Assembly: GCA_005223035.1 (NCBI GenBank)
Contig: NJBK01000011.1
Location: forward strand, 2,339 to 66,338
Reading direction: 5' to 3'
Source of the DNA: Chloroflexi bacterium B3_Chlor
Lineage (GTDB): Bacteria > Chloroflexota > Anaerolineae > UBA7937 > B3-Chlor
DNA: 64,000 nt
The position numbers and the translations under genes are program-made. Below the pieces are notes generated by a model. It was given only the letters and a program-made list of their open reading frames with translations, had not been told where the DNA came from and ran no database searches. Below, piece after piece: positions 1 to 10,437 of the stretch (position 1 is its first letter; each line of letters begins with the position of its first letter).

Positions 1-134
1 GGCTTGACTGGCTCCGAGATGACGCCGGAGGGGAGTTCGGGTAAGCGCCGCTGTGGCAGCGGAGATGGCGGCACTAGGTTCGTCCGAACCCGCGGTCAGG
101 ACGGGTGAATGCTTCGTCATTCTGTTGAACAGGA

Positions 135-163
135 TTGCTCCTGTTTGCAAAAAGTGGTATTAT
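135..163 (+). promoter_or_regulatory. sigma70-type promoter of the DUF3800-like gene
   Basis: TTGCTC-17 bp-TATTAT with extended -10 TG. Confidence 0.5.
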
Positions 164-192
164 TTTCTTCAGAAGTGGCACAATGTACTGCG

Positions 193-1065
193 ATGATGGG
201 CACTACACATGTGGCATATGGCGATGAGTCGCTGTACAACATTGGGCGCTATCGAAGCATTGGCGTGGTGAGCTTGCCGATGTCAGTGGACGCGTGCGTC
301 ACTGACACGCTGCGCACGCTCTTGGTCGAATCGGGTCTCAGGGAGTTCAAGTTCCAGAACCTGCGCCAGGCAAGGGAGCGCTTCGCCGCATTGCGGATGG
401 TGGATCTCACCATCGAACAGGCTCTGTGTGGGGGTCTACGCCTCGACGTTCTTACGTGGGACACCCAGGATAGCCGCCATAGGATCAAGGGGCGCGACGA
501 TATCGGCAACCTTCAGCGCATGTACTACCATCTACTGAAGAACGCACTACAACGATGGAGCGGCAGCACCAGCTGGGCTTTTCGCCCTGATGAGAACTCT
601 GCCATGGACTGGGAGACCGTGCGCGACTATGTGGACGGGGCAGGTCTGTCCGCACAGGTCACGCGCCAGGAGGCTGGGCTCTTCCGCCTCCGCCTGAACC
701 AAGACTTCCGTGTGGTGCACGTCCAAGAGGTAGATTCTCGAGAGTTGCCTGTCTGTCAGCTAGCAGATTTGTTTGCGGGCCTGAGTACATTCTCACGGCA
801 CAAGTTCCGGACGTACTGCTGGTGGGAGCAGTGCCGCTACGGACAAGCCCCACTGTTGCCTGATGCAGAGCCGCCCAGGCTAAGCAATTCCGATCAAGAG
901 CGATGCGCTGTCCTTGGCCATTTCGACCGGGGGTGCAAACAGCACAAGCTTGGGGTCAGTCTCAAGAGCAAACGTGGCTTGTGGACGCCCGACCCAAGCA
1001 ACCCGATCAACTTCTGGTTCTATGAGCCGCAGCACCGCGAAGACAAGGCCCCGACAACGCGATAG
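193..1065 (+). CDS. DUF3800-like (RNase H-like fold) protein
   Basis: N-terminal YGDES and C-terminal QLADLFAG motifs typical of DUF3800; start moved to ATG 193, downstream of the promoter. Confidence 0.7.
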   Translation: MMGTTHVAYGDESLYNIGRYRSIGVVSLPMSVDACVTDTLRTLLVESGLREFKFQNLRQARERFAALRMVDLTIEQALCGGLRLDVLTWDTQDSRHRIKGRDDIGNLQRMYYHLLKNALQRWSGSTSWAFRPDENSAMDWETVRDYVDGAGLSAQVTRQEAGLFRLRLNQDFRVVHVQEVDSRELPVCQLADLFAGLSTFSRHKFRTYCWWEQCRYGQAPLLPDAEPPRLSNSDQERCAVLGHFDRGCKQHKLGVSLKSKRGLWTPDPSNPINFWFYEPQHREDKAPTTR

Positions 1066-1612
1066 GGCTCAATGTGCGAAGCCCAAGTGCAAGTGGCCGG
1101 GCGCTAGCTCTGGTGACGCGGTGAGCAGGTGGATGTGACGGAAGGACGGGCAGGGTGGGCCCCCAAGGACCAGCAACGGGATCCCCTGCGTCATACAGCC
1201 ACGATTTGCGCGCCGGGGTTGTCCGCGCGGGTGCTGTGGCACAAACCGAGATGATGCAATGGACGAAACGGGATCGACAGGGTCAGATTGCCACTGTGCC
1301 TGAGCATTACTCTACAGCCCCCCCGGCGGCACCATGCCGCCGCCGCCGCGCGATACCCGGCCGCGTGCGACACCTTTTCCCAGGATGTGTGTCAGGGCCC
1401 ACCGATGACCGCACGAACTAGAACCGTAAGACGACCAGCCAACATGAGCGCATCCGCCCAGGAGATCTCGAATGATCTGTGGTGAGCAGTGCGCGACGTC
1501 GCGTCGACGTGAGAAGCCCCTGAACGGCTGATGCTGGCCGAAAGCGGCCATCGGTGCCGCTTGACACAGCGTCGGCTGTGTATGAGCAAGGGTAAACGAA
1601 GGGAGGGCGTGG

Positions 1613-2371
1613 ATGGCGCAGGATTCAGACGTTCCAGAACTGCTTGAGAAGCACTTGATGAGATTCTATCCTGAGCGGTTCCTGCCAAACCACGTGCGCA
1701 CAGCCCGCGATCTCTTTGACAATCGGCGGTTCGTGAGGGAGTTTGCCTGCGACGAATTCGCGCTGAAGTACCTCCTGGACGTGATTATTGAGGCCGTCCA
1801 AGACGGCGAGAGGTTCAGGACGCTCGACTGTCTTAGGGTGATCAGAGATATCGTGAAGAGAAGACCGTCGGAATTGCAGCTCGGATGCCGGACCCTTGAC
1901 AGGCTGTTCTTTCTTTACAGGGCCTTCATTTTTCACCGAAACGCGGACGTGAGGTGGTGCGTCAGCTGGTTTGTGAAAGATCAGGTCCTTGATGATGACA
2001 AGATACGCTGGCTAATCTCCAACTACAAGAAGTCCAAGCACGTAGTAGATCGACTGTTGCTGCATCCATGCCGGCATCCTCTGATCACAGATTGGGCGGC
2101 GAAGGTCTGGGAAGCAGGGGAGTTCCGTGACAGGAGGTCCCAAGTGATCGGTCTCCTCATCTCTGACGATATTCCTCCATTTGTTGGCGAAACTGACAAC
2201 ACCGCAATCATCTGGGCGATCTACTATGCTAGAGTCACTGACGAGGTGAAGCGTCAACTCCTGATGAAGCACTTCTCATTCGATGGCATAGATGCACTGC
2301 TGGAGGTCTGTAACAGGCTTGACTATCCATCGGTGCTTGAGTTCGCCCTCGATGCGGCGCACCGACGCTGA
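1613..2371 (+). CDS. hypothetical protein (252 aa, probably alpha-helical)
   Basis: Long ORF with GGAGG RBS and protein-like composition; no recognised motif. Confidence 0.7.
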   Translation: MAQDSDVPELLEKHLMRFYPERFLPNHVRTARDLFDNRRFVREFACDEFALKYLLDVIIEAVQDGERFRTLDCLRVIRDIVKRRPSELQLGCRTLDRLFFLYRAFIFHRNADVRWCVSWFVKDQVLDDDKIRWLISNYKKSKHVVDRLLLHPCRHPLITDWAAKVWEAGEFRDRRSQVIGLLISDDIPPFVGETDNTAIIWAIYYARVTDEVKRQLLMKHFSFDGIDALLEVCNRLDYPSVLEFALDAAHRR

Positions 2372-2600
2372 CGACACAAGCTCGCGCGCAGACAGGGTCG
2401 GGATGTCTGTAGTCGCAACTCCCCACTCACGAACCTCATTCCCCCTGAGGATGGTTGTGAGGGGCGACTGTACCCCGGCGCTGGGAATCAGCCCGAACTA
2501 TCGCGCCCCCTATTACACTGGCGGGGTAGCCTAACACCGTGGGGGACGGAAGGGCGAGACTGACTTCGATTGAAGGCGTCTTGCCGCTCATTCGTGGAGC

Positions 2601-2758
2601 GCTGAGGCCTACTTCGGCGGGGGGTTGCCCACCGTGAACTGAGCAAATACGACCAGGCCATCAGCGACTTCGAGTCCTACTTGCGCCTTTTGTCAGCCGA
2701 TGACGGGTTGAGAATCAAGGCCCACCAGTACATTGACGAGATGCGACACCAACAATAA
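2601..2758 (+). pseudogene. TPR-repeat protein C-terminal remnant
   Basis: AEAYFG, a frameshift in a G run, then VAHRELSKYDQAISDFESYLRL...*; no start codon. Confidence 0.5.
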
Positions 2759-2881
2759 GGATACAACGACTTGAATCATCTCTCGCTCTTCGACAGAGCC
2801 TGCGCTGCGCGCCATTTGGCAGTATAATCTAACCCCATCACCAGTAGGTCAGAGCCTCACAACCAGATTGTTGCTGCGAAC

Positions 2882-3805
2882 ATGTCCGAAGATCTCAGCA
2901 AGGTTCCCCAACTCTCACGGCGCCAGTTCCTCCAACTGGGCTGCGGGGCCCTCCTGGGAGGCGCGGCGGCATGTCTCTTGGGGCCGGCGTACATCACCCA
3001 GGTGGAGCCGAACTGGATAGACGTCACCAAGGTTGACGTCAGCTTGCCGGGCCTGCCGGAGGCGCTGGAGGGCTTCACGATCGCCCAGTTTGGCGACTTC
3101 CACGTGGGACGATACGTCAGTGCGGAAGATGTGCACCGCAGCGTGAAGATTGCCAACGACCTGGGGGCTGAGCTCATCGTCTTGACCGGCGACTTTGTAT
3201 ACGGCTCAGCAAGCTATAGCCGCGTCTGCGCGCGCGAACTCGCCTCGCTTGAAGCGCGGTGCGGGGTCTTCGCTGTCTTGGGAAATCACGACTCCTGGAC
3301 CGAACCTGACCAGGTGGCAGCCAACATTGGGGGCGTAGGCATCAGGGTGCTGCGGGACGAGGCGCGTGCTCTGTATATTGGGAATACCCGCCTCTGGCTG
3401 TTGGGCGTGGAGGACACTGGCTTCACGGCTGGCTTCTTCGGCGGCTCTTTCAGCGACTTTCATGCTGTGTGGCGCGATACGCGAGACAGGCTGTCCACTT
3501 TGCTGGAGGAGATACCCGCTGATGAGCCCCGGGTGCTCCTGGTGCACAACCCTGACTTCACGGAGATGCTTCCGCAAGCGAGGATTGACCTGGCGCTAAG
3601 CGGCCATACGCACGGCGGGCAGGTCAATCTGCCCTTCCTCGGGAGGCCAGTGGTGCCCTCCTGCTTCGGGGAGAAGTACGCCAGCGGACTCGTCCAGGGG
3701 CCGACCACGCTGGTCTATGTCAACCGGGGCATAGGCCTCATCGCCCCTCCGGTGCGCTTCAACTGCCGGCCTGAGCTGACGCTACTGCGCCTGAGAACCG
3801 CATGA
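2882..3805 (+). CDS. metallophosphoesterase (YkuE-like) with Tat signal
   Basis: SRRQFL Tat motif; DFH, GD, GNHD, HNP and GHTHGGQ calcineurin-like motifs. Confidence 0.9.
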   Translation: MSEDLSKVPQLSRRQFLQLGCGALLGGAAACLLGPAYITQVEPNWIDVTKVDVSLPGLPEALEGFTIAQFGDFHVGRYVSAEDVHRSVKIANDLGAELIVLTGDFVYGSASYSRVCARELASLEARCGVFAVLGNHDSWTEPDQVAANIGGVGIRVLRDEARALYIGNTRLWLLGVEDTGFTAGFFGGSFSDFHAVWRDTRDRLSTLLEEIPADEPRVLLVHNPDFTEMLPQARIDLALSGHTHGGQVNLPFLGRPVVPSCFGEKYASGLVQGPTTLVYVNRGIGLIAPPVRFNCRPELTLLRLRTA

Positions 3806-4049
3806 TAGGCAGGGTGGTTTATGAGCCTCCTTTGCTCGCATTCAGGACAATTCCAGAGGCATGTGTATCGGGCGGGATTTCCGGTCGTTCGCCTCTGGAG
3901 AACAGGGCTGATCGAGCAACGAATGGGCCATGTCACTGTCGAACGGAAGTTGTGCGTTTGAGCTTGTTGAGCCATAATCTTGGGTGGAATCGTTCATTAA
4001 TTCCGCCGACAAGTGAGTTTGGCTGACCGACAGCGGAGGCAACGAAGGC

Positions 4050-4418
4050 ATGCATAATGAGAAGGTGATGGATCACTTTCAAAACCCTCGCAATGTGGGA
4101 TCCATCGAGGATGCGAGCGCGGTAGGTGAGGCAGGGAATCCTGCAGATGGCGACACCATCCGCCTCTATTTGACGATCGAAGAGGACACGATTGTCGATG
4201 CCAAGATCAAGGTGTTCGGCTGTCCGACGGCCATAGCCGCCGCCAGCGCGCTCACGGAGCTGATCATGGGGAAGCCGCTTGCCGAAGCACTGGCGGTCAA
4301 GAACGAGGACGTATCCGACGCTTTGGGCGGGCTCCCCGAGGGCAAACTGCATTGCTCCGTGTTGGCTGAGGCGGTTTTGGAGGATGCGATCTCTCAGTAT
4401 CGGGGCACCACTGGTTGA
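4050..4418 (+). CDS. iscU: IscU/NifU-N Fe-S cluster scaffold protein
   Basis: DHFQNPRNVG, GNPADGD, FGCPTAIA, KLHCSVLA. Confidence 0.85.
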   Translation: MHNEKVMDHFQNPRNVGSIEDASAVGEAGNPADGDTIRLYLTIEEDTIVDAKIKVFGCPTAIAAASALTELIMGKPLAEALAVKNEDVSDALGGLPEGKLHCSVLAEAVLEDAISQYRGTTG

Positions 4419-4821
4419 TGCCCGCCAAGCCACCCACATAGGTGTTGCTGGGTGCGGCTGTTTGTGGCATGATGTGAGGGTGCGGCGCGCCGTCATTCCT
4501 AGGCTTAGTGGCGTTCTTTCTCACCGTTGCCGAGAATCTGTCACAGTGGCAGATTCACGGCGGGGCAGGAGTATTCACTACTGGCTATCCGACGCCGTGC
4601 CTCAATTCTCAGCGCTGCTTGCAGGCTTGCCCTAGGCCCCGCGGGTTCGGGTGGGGTGCGAATCCGACCGGCGTGGTGGGTGTTATATACTGTGGTATGA
4701 AAAGATCCGAAATGCTACGGCTCTTCGCGGAAAGGGGGGCGGTACGACGTTCTGGTAGCGCGATGAAAGACGTTTGGGTTCATTCATGCTCATCAGATGT
4801 TCCACCGAAGGAGGTAGAAAC

Positions 4822-5394
4822 ATGTTAATGGATCGTATCATCGGCGCGTTCACGTTCCGCAAGGGAGTCTACGCTGAGGTTGAAAGAGATACCGCATTCT
4901 CTACCACAGCGTGGATCCTTGTGATAGTGGTCGCATTCCTGAGCCAGCTTGGGGCAGCCGCATCCGCAGACCTGACCACATGGCTGACTGGCGCCGTCGT
5001 GGGCACCGTCACTGCCGTCATCGCTTTCGCACTGGCTGCCTTCGTTGTCAGCTTGGTGGGGCGTGCAGCCTTCAACGCCGATGTGACCTTCGACGAAATG
5101 GTTCGGACTCTGGGCCTGGCCTATGTGTGGCAGGTTGTGGGAGTCATCGGCGTAGTGGGTGCTCTGTCACCCGCCCTATCATGCTTGACGGCTCCTGCGG
5201 TCTTTGTTGCCTGGCTATTGGGACTGATCGCGTGGATCGTGGCGGCGAAGGAAGCGCTGGACCTGGAATGGCTTCAGACCATCGTCACCGTGGTCATAGG
5301 TTGGCTGGTGTTCGCTGCGATCATGGTCGCAAGCAGGATAGTGCTGGGCCTTCTGGGCCTCACTGTCACTGGGGTGGCAGGACTCCTCGGCTGA
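4822..5394 (+). CDS. YIP1-family membrane protein
   Basis: About 5 TM helices, VYAEVERD and RTLGLAY motifs; AAGGAGGT RBS before ATG 4822. Confidence 0.75.
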   Translation: MLMDRIIGAFTFRKGVYAEVERDTAFSTTAWILVIVVAFLSQLGAAASADLTTWLTGAVVGTVTAVIAFALAAFVVSLVGRAAFNADVTFDEMVRTLGLAYVWQVVGVIGVVGALSPALSCLTAPAVFVAWLLGLIAWIVAAKEALDLEWLQTIVTVVIGWLVFAAIMVASRIVLGLLGLTVTGVAGLLG

Positions 5395-5992
5395 GCACCC
5401 GCACCGGGAGCCGACATCGTTGAGAGCCGCTCGGATGAGCGTCTCTGCGTTCGTACGGCTTCGTTTCATGAGTACACGAGGCCTGGAAATGCTTCTCGCA
5501 GCGCTTGAGACTGCCCTGGGCCTACTCAAGACACAGTCCACGACATGCGTCAGGATACTCGGTTCAGGGGACTCAGGACGGTGACCCTGTGCACCGCGCC
5601 TCACGTCTCGCCGCTTTCCTCTCCCCTCTCCCAGAGCCCTCTCAGCAGCCCTGCGAGGTGGTTCCGCTGCTGATGACACTCCCTTTCATGGGAATCCAGC
5701 TCATTGGTGTCGTCTCCGGGCCAACACATTGTTTGGCCTTTGTAGATTGTCACTCATAGCACGGGCTGGCGCCACGCCCGTGGCCGTCGCGTTGTGGTTG
5801 TTTTGGAGCTCACAGGCTGACCTTGGCGATGCCTGGCACTGCCACCTCCCGTTTCAGGTTGCGATCTGCGAAGCAATGTGGTTTACTTCTTGACTATCCC
5901 CGTGGTTATGGGATCCTGTGCTCAGCGCAGCGGCAGCAGACTACTCGTATGGCAAGTGACCAATGTGTCACCGGAGGAGAAGGAGGAAGGAC

Positions 5993-7501
5993 ATGAGATG
6001 GTCGCTCATTTGTCGTATCGTGGTGCTCGTGATGGTGCTCGTGCTGGCCGCCTGTGCCGCGCAGGGGCAGGGTCCGATGACCTGGCTGGATCAACCCCTC
6101 GACGGCGCCACGCTTCCCCTAGAGCCGGTGACGGTTCAAGCTCATGCCTCCGATGCCGACGGCGTGGCCAGTATTGAGTTCTTCATTGACGAAACTTCCT
6201 TGACTACAGCCTCCGCCGATGGCGGCCGCCTGGCGGATGCTATGGTGGAATGGAACCCCACGGAACCCGGCCACTACACTGTACGCGCCAGGGCCACCGA
6301 TAGCCAGGGCAACGTCGGCTCCGACGCCACCTCGGTGGTGACGGTCGGCCTGTTGCCAACGCCTTCGGCAACGGCACCCCCTGCGCCAGACGAGAGCGAG
6401 ATGCTCTTCTTCGTGGAACCTGAAGCGATTCCCGTCGGTGGGTGCGCGATGCTGCATTGGCAGGTGTATCCTCCCGTAGACGCGCTCCTTGATGGAGAAG
6501 GGGTCCCATCTGAAGGCGAGAGGGAGGTGTGCCCAGAGACGACCAGAACCTACGAACTGCTTGTTCCCGAGACGGGCCACACGCGGACGGCAACGCTCCA
6601 TGTCAAGCCGGCCCCTGAGATGGAGTTGGCGATCTTCTTCGCAGTAGACCCGGATGTGATCCCCGCTGGCGGATGCGCGATGTTGTTCTGGGAAGTGGGC
6701 GCTCCTGAGGAGTGGCGGGTGCTCATTGATGGCCAGGAGGCCCCGCACCTTGACGAGCGCGAGGAATGCCCTTCGCAGACCACCACCTACGAACTGCTGG
6801 TGGAAACACCTGACGGTCCCCAAGTGAGGACGGTAACGCTCCGCGTCGAGGCGGAGCCAGAGCCAACACCGCCGCCCGGATGTCCAGGCCCGCCGGTGAT
6901 CTCCTCGTTTACCGCCAACCCGAGCACGATCACCGCTGGGCAGTCGAGCACGCTTAGCTGGGGTCGGGTAACGAACGGAAATAGCGACGTGTTGGTGCGC
7001 TCAGTAGTCATGAATCCTGGCCTTGGCGAAGTGGGATCGCCTGGCTCGCGCGTCGTCCAGCCTGCGACCACAACAACGTACACCATGATCGCCACGGGCT
7101 GTGGCGGCACGGCCCAGCAACAAGTGACCGTCACCGTGAGTCAGGCCCCCCCGCCGCCCTCTGGGGCAGACCTGGCTATTACCGACTTGCGTCCGCAAAC
7201 GCCAGTCGGGCCGGTTTTGGGCGACATAACCAACCACGGCCCGGGCACTCTTACCAACGTGACCGTTCAATTATCGTGCCAGTGGGTCGTAAGCGACCCG
7301 ATCGAAGGCACCCAAGTTGACTCAGGCGCAACGGGGTCCATGCCTATCTCCATCTCCAACCTGAGCCCGGGTCAGACGCAGGCGTTCAACACGGACATCT
7401 CGGTTGATCCGAGCTACCGGTACGACGTGACATGCAGCGTACAGGTGGGCTTCAACGATCCCAATCTCGGCAATAACTCCTACTCCGAGTCGTTCCCGTA
7501 G
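5993..7501 (+). CDS. lipoprotein with Ig-like domains and a C-terminal CARDB-like domain
   Basis: LAAC lipobox; Big-type ASDADGVASIEFF...YTVRARATDSQGN; repeated GGCAMLxW modules; ADLAITD...ITNHG. Confidence 0.8.
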   Translation: MRWSLICRIVVLVMVLVLAACAAQGQGPMTWLDQPLDGATLPLEPVTVQAHASDADGVASIEFFIDETSLTTASADGGRLADAMVEWNPTEPGHYTVRARATDSQGNVGSDATSVVTVGLLPTPSATAPPAPDESEMLFFVEPEAIPVGGCAMLHWQVYPPVDALLDGEGVPSEGEREVCPETTRTYELLVPETGHTRTATLHVKPAPEMELAIFFAVDPDVIPAGGCAMLFWEVGAPEEWRVLIDGQEAPHLDEREECPSQTTTYELLVETPDGPQVRTVTLRVEAEPEPTPPPGCPGPPVISSFTANPSTITAGQSSTLSWGRVTNGNSDVLVRSVVMNPGLGEVGSPGSRVVQPATTTTYTMIATGCGGTAQQQVTVTVSQAPPPPSGADLAITDLRPQTPVGPVLGDITNHGPGTLTNVTVQLSCQWVVSDPIEGTQVDSGATGSMPISISNLSPGQTQAFNTDISVDPSYRYDVTCSVQVGFNDPNLGNNSYSESFP

Positions 7502-7570
7502 TGGAATCCGATGGTACGCCTGGAAAACCCTACTCTTGCCACAAGTCATTCCTAACTCCAGTCAGAGAGG

Positions 7571-9919
7571 ATGGCCATGAAGAAGAGAAGAGGCTGCATC
7601 AAGTGGGCGATAGTCGCAGTGGTGTCGCTGGTCGTGTTGGCACTCGTTGTGCTGTGCCCACTGGCGTTCCTATACACACGCCAGTTGGACCAGGCTCGCG
7701 CCGAGTTTGAGGCACCAACGGTCTACATAACCGAGCCGGCCTCGGGCGTTTCGGCACCCACAGGGAGCGGACTGCTCGTCGCTGCCACAGCCGTGGGCCG
7801 CACTCCGATCACGACGGTCGAATTGTGGGTGTCCGATGAACTGGTGGAGACACTGGAGAGCGACCTCCCCGATGGCACTTCGGCCTTCGATGCCAGCTTT
7901 GAGTTGGTCGTGCCCGAAGGCTCCAATTTGCTCTTTGTGCGGGCCGTTAACACGGCGGACATCATCGGCCAGAGCATGCCGTTGGCCATCGTTGGCGAGG
8001 CCCTATCCCCCCCTGGTGAGCCTTTCGTGGAGGTCACTGTGGGAGACGGGGAGACGCTGGAAGACGTCGCCGATTCACACGAGATCGACCCCGGGGCTCT
8101 GCAGGAGTTGAATCCCGATCTGGGTGCTGAGGAGCTTCCACCAGGCACTACCGTGACCGTCCCAGCGTGGCCCGAAACAGAAGAGGGTGAAGAAGCCACA
8201 CCACCTTCCGTTGGCCCTTCGGCTCCTCCCGTGCCGCCCGGTAGCAGTCCGGTGCCTAAGCCAGGCGTCCCCCCCCTTCAGCCCATCGTGCCCTCGCCCA
8301 ACATCACGGGCACCGTTCCGCTGCCTATCATAGTTGATCCCGCGCTGGTCGGGGTCTTGCTCCCTCCGTTCTTCCCGCCTGCTGCGCCCACCGGCCTGCA
8401 AGGCAGCGTGGAAGACTGCATGGTACGCCTGCGCTGGACCGACAACGCCACGAACGAAATCCGCTACGATGTCTGGATGGCCCCCATGGGCGGATCGAAG
8501 CGGCTCATCGCTTCGCTCCAGCCGGCGGGCGGCGGTCCAGCCTGGGTGGAGTTTCCAGCGCCCCAGACCGGCGGCTTGAGTTTCTGGGTGGAGGCGGTTA
8601 GCCTGGGCGGCAAGCAGCCCAGCAACATCGTCTGGGTGGAAGTTGATACATCTTGCCCGACCGCTGCACCTGACCGCTTGCAGGTTGAAGTGCTGGACAT
8701 GACCATGGGGGGAGCTTATGACAGAGCCTATTGCTACGTCTCCTTTGAGAACACGCCCGAAGTACGGATGCCGGCGGACGATTCGGAGTTCGTACAAGTG
8801 AGTGGGGGGCAGGGGAACATCGCTTCCTGGGCAGCCACAAGCCGCAAGTTCGCTCTGCCGATTCCGGGGGATGACTCCTTGGAGATGACCGGTGAGTGCT
8901 GGGGATGGGCGGGACAGAGACTAAGCGACCTCGGCACCTTCAGCGGCGCCTACGCTCGCGAGACCTGGGATGGGACCAGACGGCCGCTGCCTGGTGACGC
9001 TTACGAGATCGGTGTGTCCGTGCAGGCGCTGGGCGGCAGGGAGACCGCGGTGACCTATAGCTATCGGGACTCCACAATGCCGGCGCCCTACAACCTGAGA
9101 GAGGAGAAGGTGGGCTCGGAACCCATTAGATCGCACTATCCGAAGCAATGGGAGCAGTGGTTCATGAACCGGCGGCTTCATTGGGATTGGACAGGATCCC
9201 AGCAACTCACCGGGTTCACGATCTTCCTGAACGGCACCCAATACAAATCAGTTTATGGTGCCAACGTGAGAGAGGCCACTGTGACACTGCCTGCCCTCTA
9301 CGACCAGCGGATTCGATGGCAGGTCGCTGCCGATGCCGGAGAAGCGCAGTCCCCCCTGAGCCAGGAGCTGGCCTACGATCTGCCGAAGTCCCGGGCATAC
9401 GTCCAGGTCAAGTTCGACAGAATCTACTGGCTGTATACCTGTGATGGCTGGTTCTGCGGCGAGTGTTCCACATGCGAGTCCTACGGCCATATCAATCTGT
9501 TTATGGCGGGGCAGCGGTCTACCAAACCATGCGGTCTCCAACGGCATACCCGTGACGTGAAATGCGGCATCTGGTATACGTTTGCGGATATATGTACCTC
9601 GGGGTTCTTAGATGAAGATGTTCCCGACGTGCTAATCCTCCCCTTCGACAAGGGGAGCACGAACTTCACTTTCGATATTACGGTCTATTTGCGTGACTCC
9701 GACGGTATCTGGGATCCCGATGACAAGATCGCCGACTATCGCCTTGATCATACTTTCTCTTCGCTTCAACACGCTCAGTCGGTACTGGGATGCGGGAAGC
9801 AGTTTAGTGAGCGAGATTCATCGGAGGACGGCAGTTCCGCGCTGCATTACACGCTGACGGTCTTTCCAAATTCGTGCGCGCAAGAGCCTACATACCCCGG
9901 AAAGGACTGGGGCTTCTGA
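7571..9919 (+). CDS. membrane-anchored Ig-like/LysM/FN3 domain protein
   Basis: N-terminal TM; LysM-like VTVGDGETLEDVADSHEIDPGALQELNP; FN3-like PAAPTGL...LRWTDNATNE. Confidence 0.75.
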   Translation: MAMKKRRGCIKWAIVAVVSLVVLALVVLCPLAFLYTRQLDQARAEFEAPTVYITEPASGVSAPTGSGLLVAATAVGRTPITTVELWVSDELVETLESDLPDGTSAFDASFELVVPEGSNLLFVRAVNTADIIGQSMPLAIVGEALSPPGEPFVEVTVGDGETLEDVADSHEIDPGALQELNPDLGAEELPPGTTVTVPAWPETEEGEEATPPSVGPSAPPVPPGSSPVPKPGVPPLQPIVPSPNITGTVPLPIIVDPALVGVLLPPFFPPAAPTGLQGSVEDCMVRLRWTDNATNEIRYDVWMAPMGGSKRLIASLQPAGGGPAWVEFPAPQTGGLSFWVEAVSLGGKQPSNIVWVEVDTSCPTAAPDRLQVEVLDMTMGGAYDRAYCYVSFENTPEVRMPADDSEFVQVSGGQGNIASWAATSRKFALPIPGDDSLEMTGECWGWAGQRLSDLGTFSGAYARETWDGTRRPLPGDAYEIGVSVQALGGRETAVTYSYRDSTMPAPYNLREEKVGSEPIRSHYPKQWEQWFMNRRLHWDWTGSQQLTGFTIFLNGTQYKSVYGANVREATVTLPALYDQRIRWQVAADAGEAQSPLSQELAYDLPKSRAYVQVKFDRIYWLYTCDGWFCGECSTCESYGHINLFMAGQRSTKPCGLQRHTRDVKCGIWYTFADICTSGFLDEDVPDVLILPFDKGSTNFTFDITVYLRDSDGIWDPDDKIADYRLDHTFSSLQHAQSVLGCGKQFSERDSSEDGSSALHYTLTVFPNSCAQEPTYPGKDWGF

Positions 9920-10437
9920 GATTGGTGCGACCCTACTCGGGGAGGTGGTAACGACCATCTCTAGCAAGGACATTCTAAGAGGAAGGCCTTCGACTCGTTC
10001 GCCGATACAGGCTGAGAGCATGTTCGAGAACCGGCCTTCAGGCGGTTTGTGGCAGCGTGACGGAGGAGCGCTATGAGAAGTAAAACGCGTTATATAAAGT
10101 GGTTAGTTGTTGCTCTGTCCTTAGTGGCCGTCTTCTTATTGGTCGGAATGTGTGGTTAGGCGTTTCTGTACACACGCCAACTCGACCAAGCTGGCGCGGC
10201 GTACGCTCCATCTTGTGAAGGGTTCCACGGGTTCTTCGGCCGGAGCAGACGCTCCTGGGAAAGGCGCAAGAACGTAGGCCAACTCCCACGTCTGTGGAGC
10301 CAAGCAACGGAGCATCCTGAGTAGGTACGGGCGCAGTAGAGAACCGTATCGAAGGCTGTTACTCAACACGCGGCTCAGGATGCTTCGCACGGTTGGGTTT
10401 GGGAGGCGGCATTGCTCAGTCTGGAAGGGGGAGACCG

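Noticed and set aside
2529-2610. Integron attC site (GCCTAAC)
   Set aside because: No matching GTTAGGC end or long imperfect palindrome, and the recombinase lacks the IntI-specific insertion
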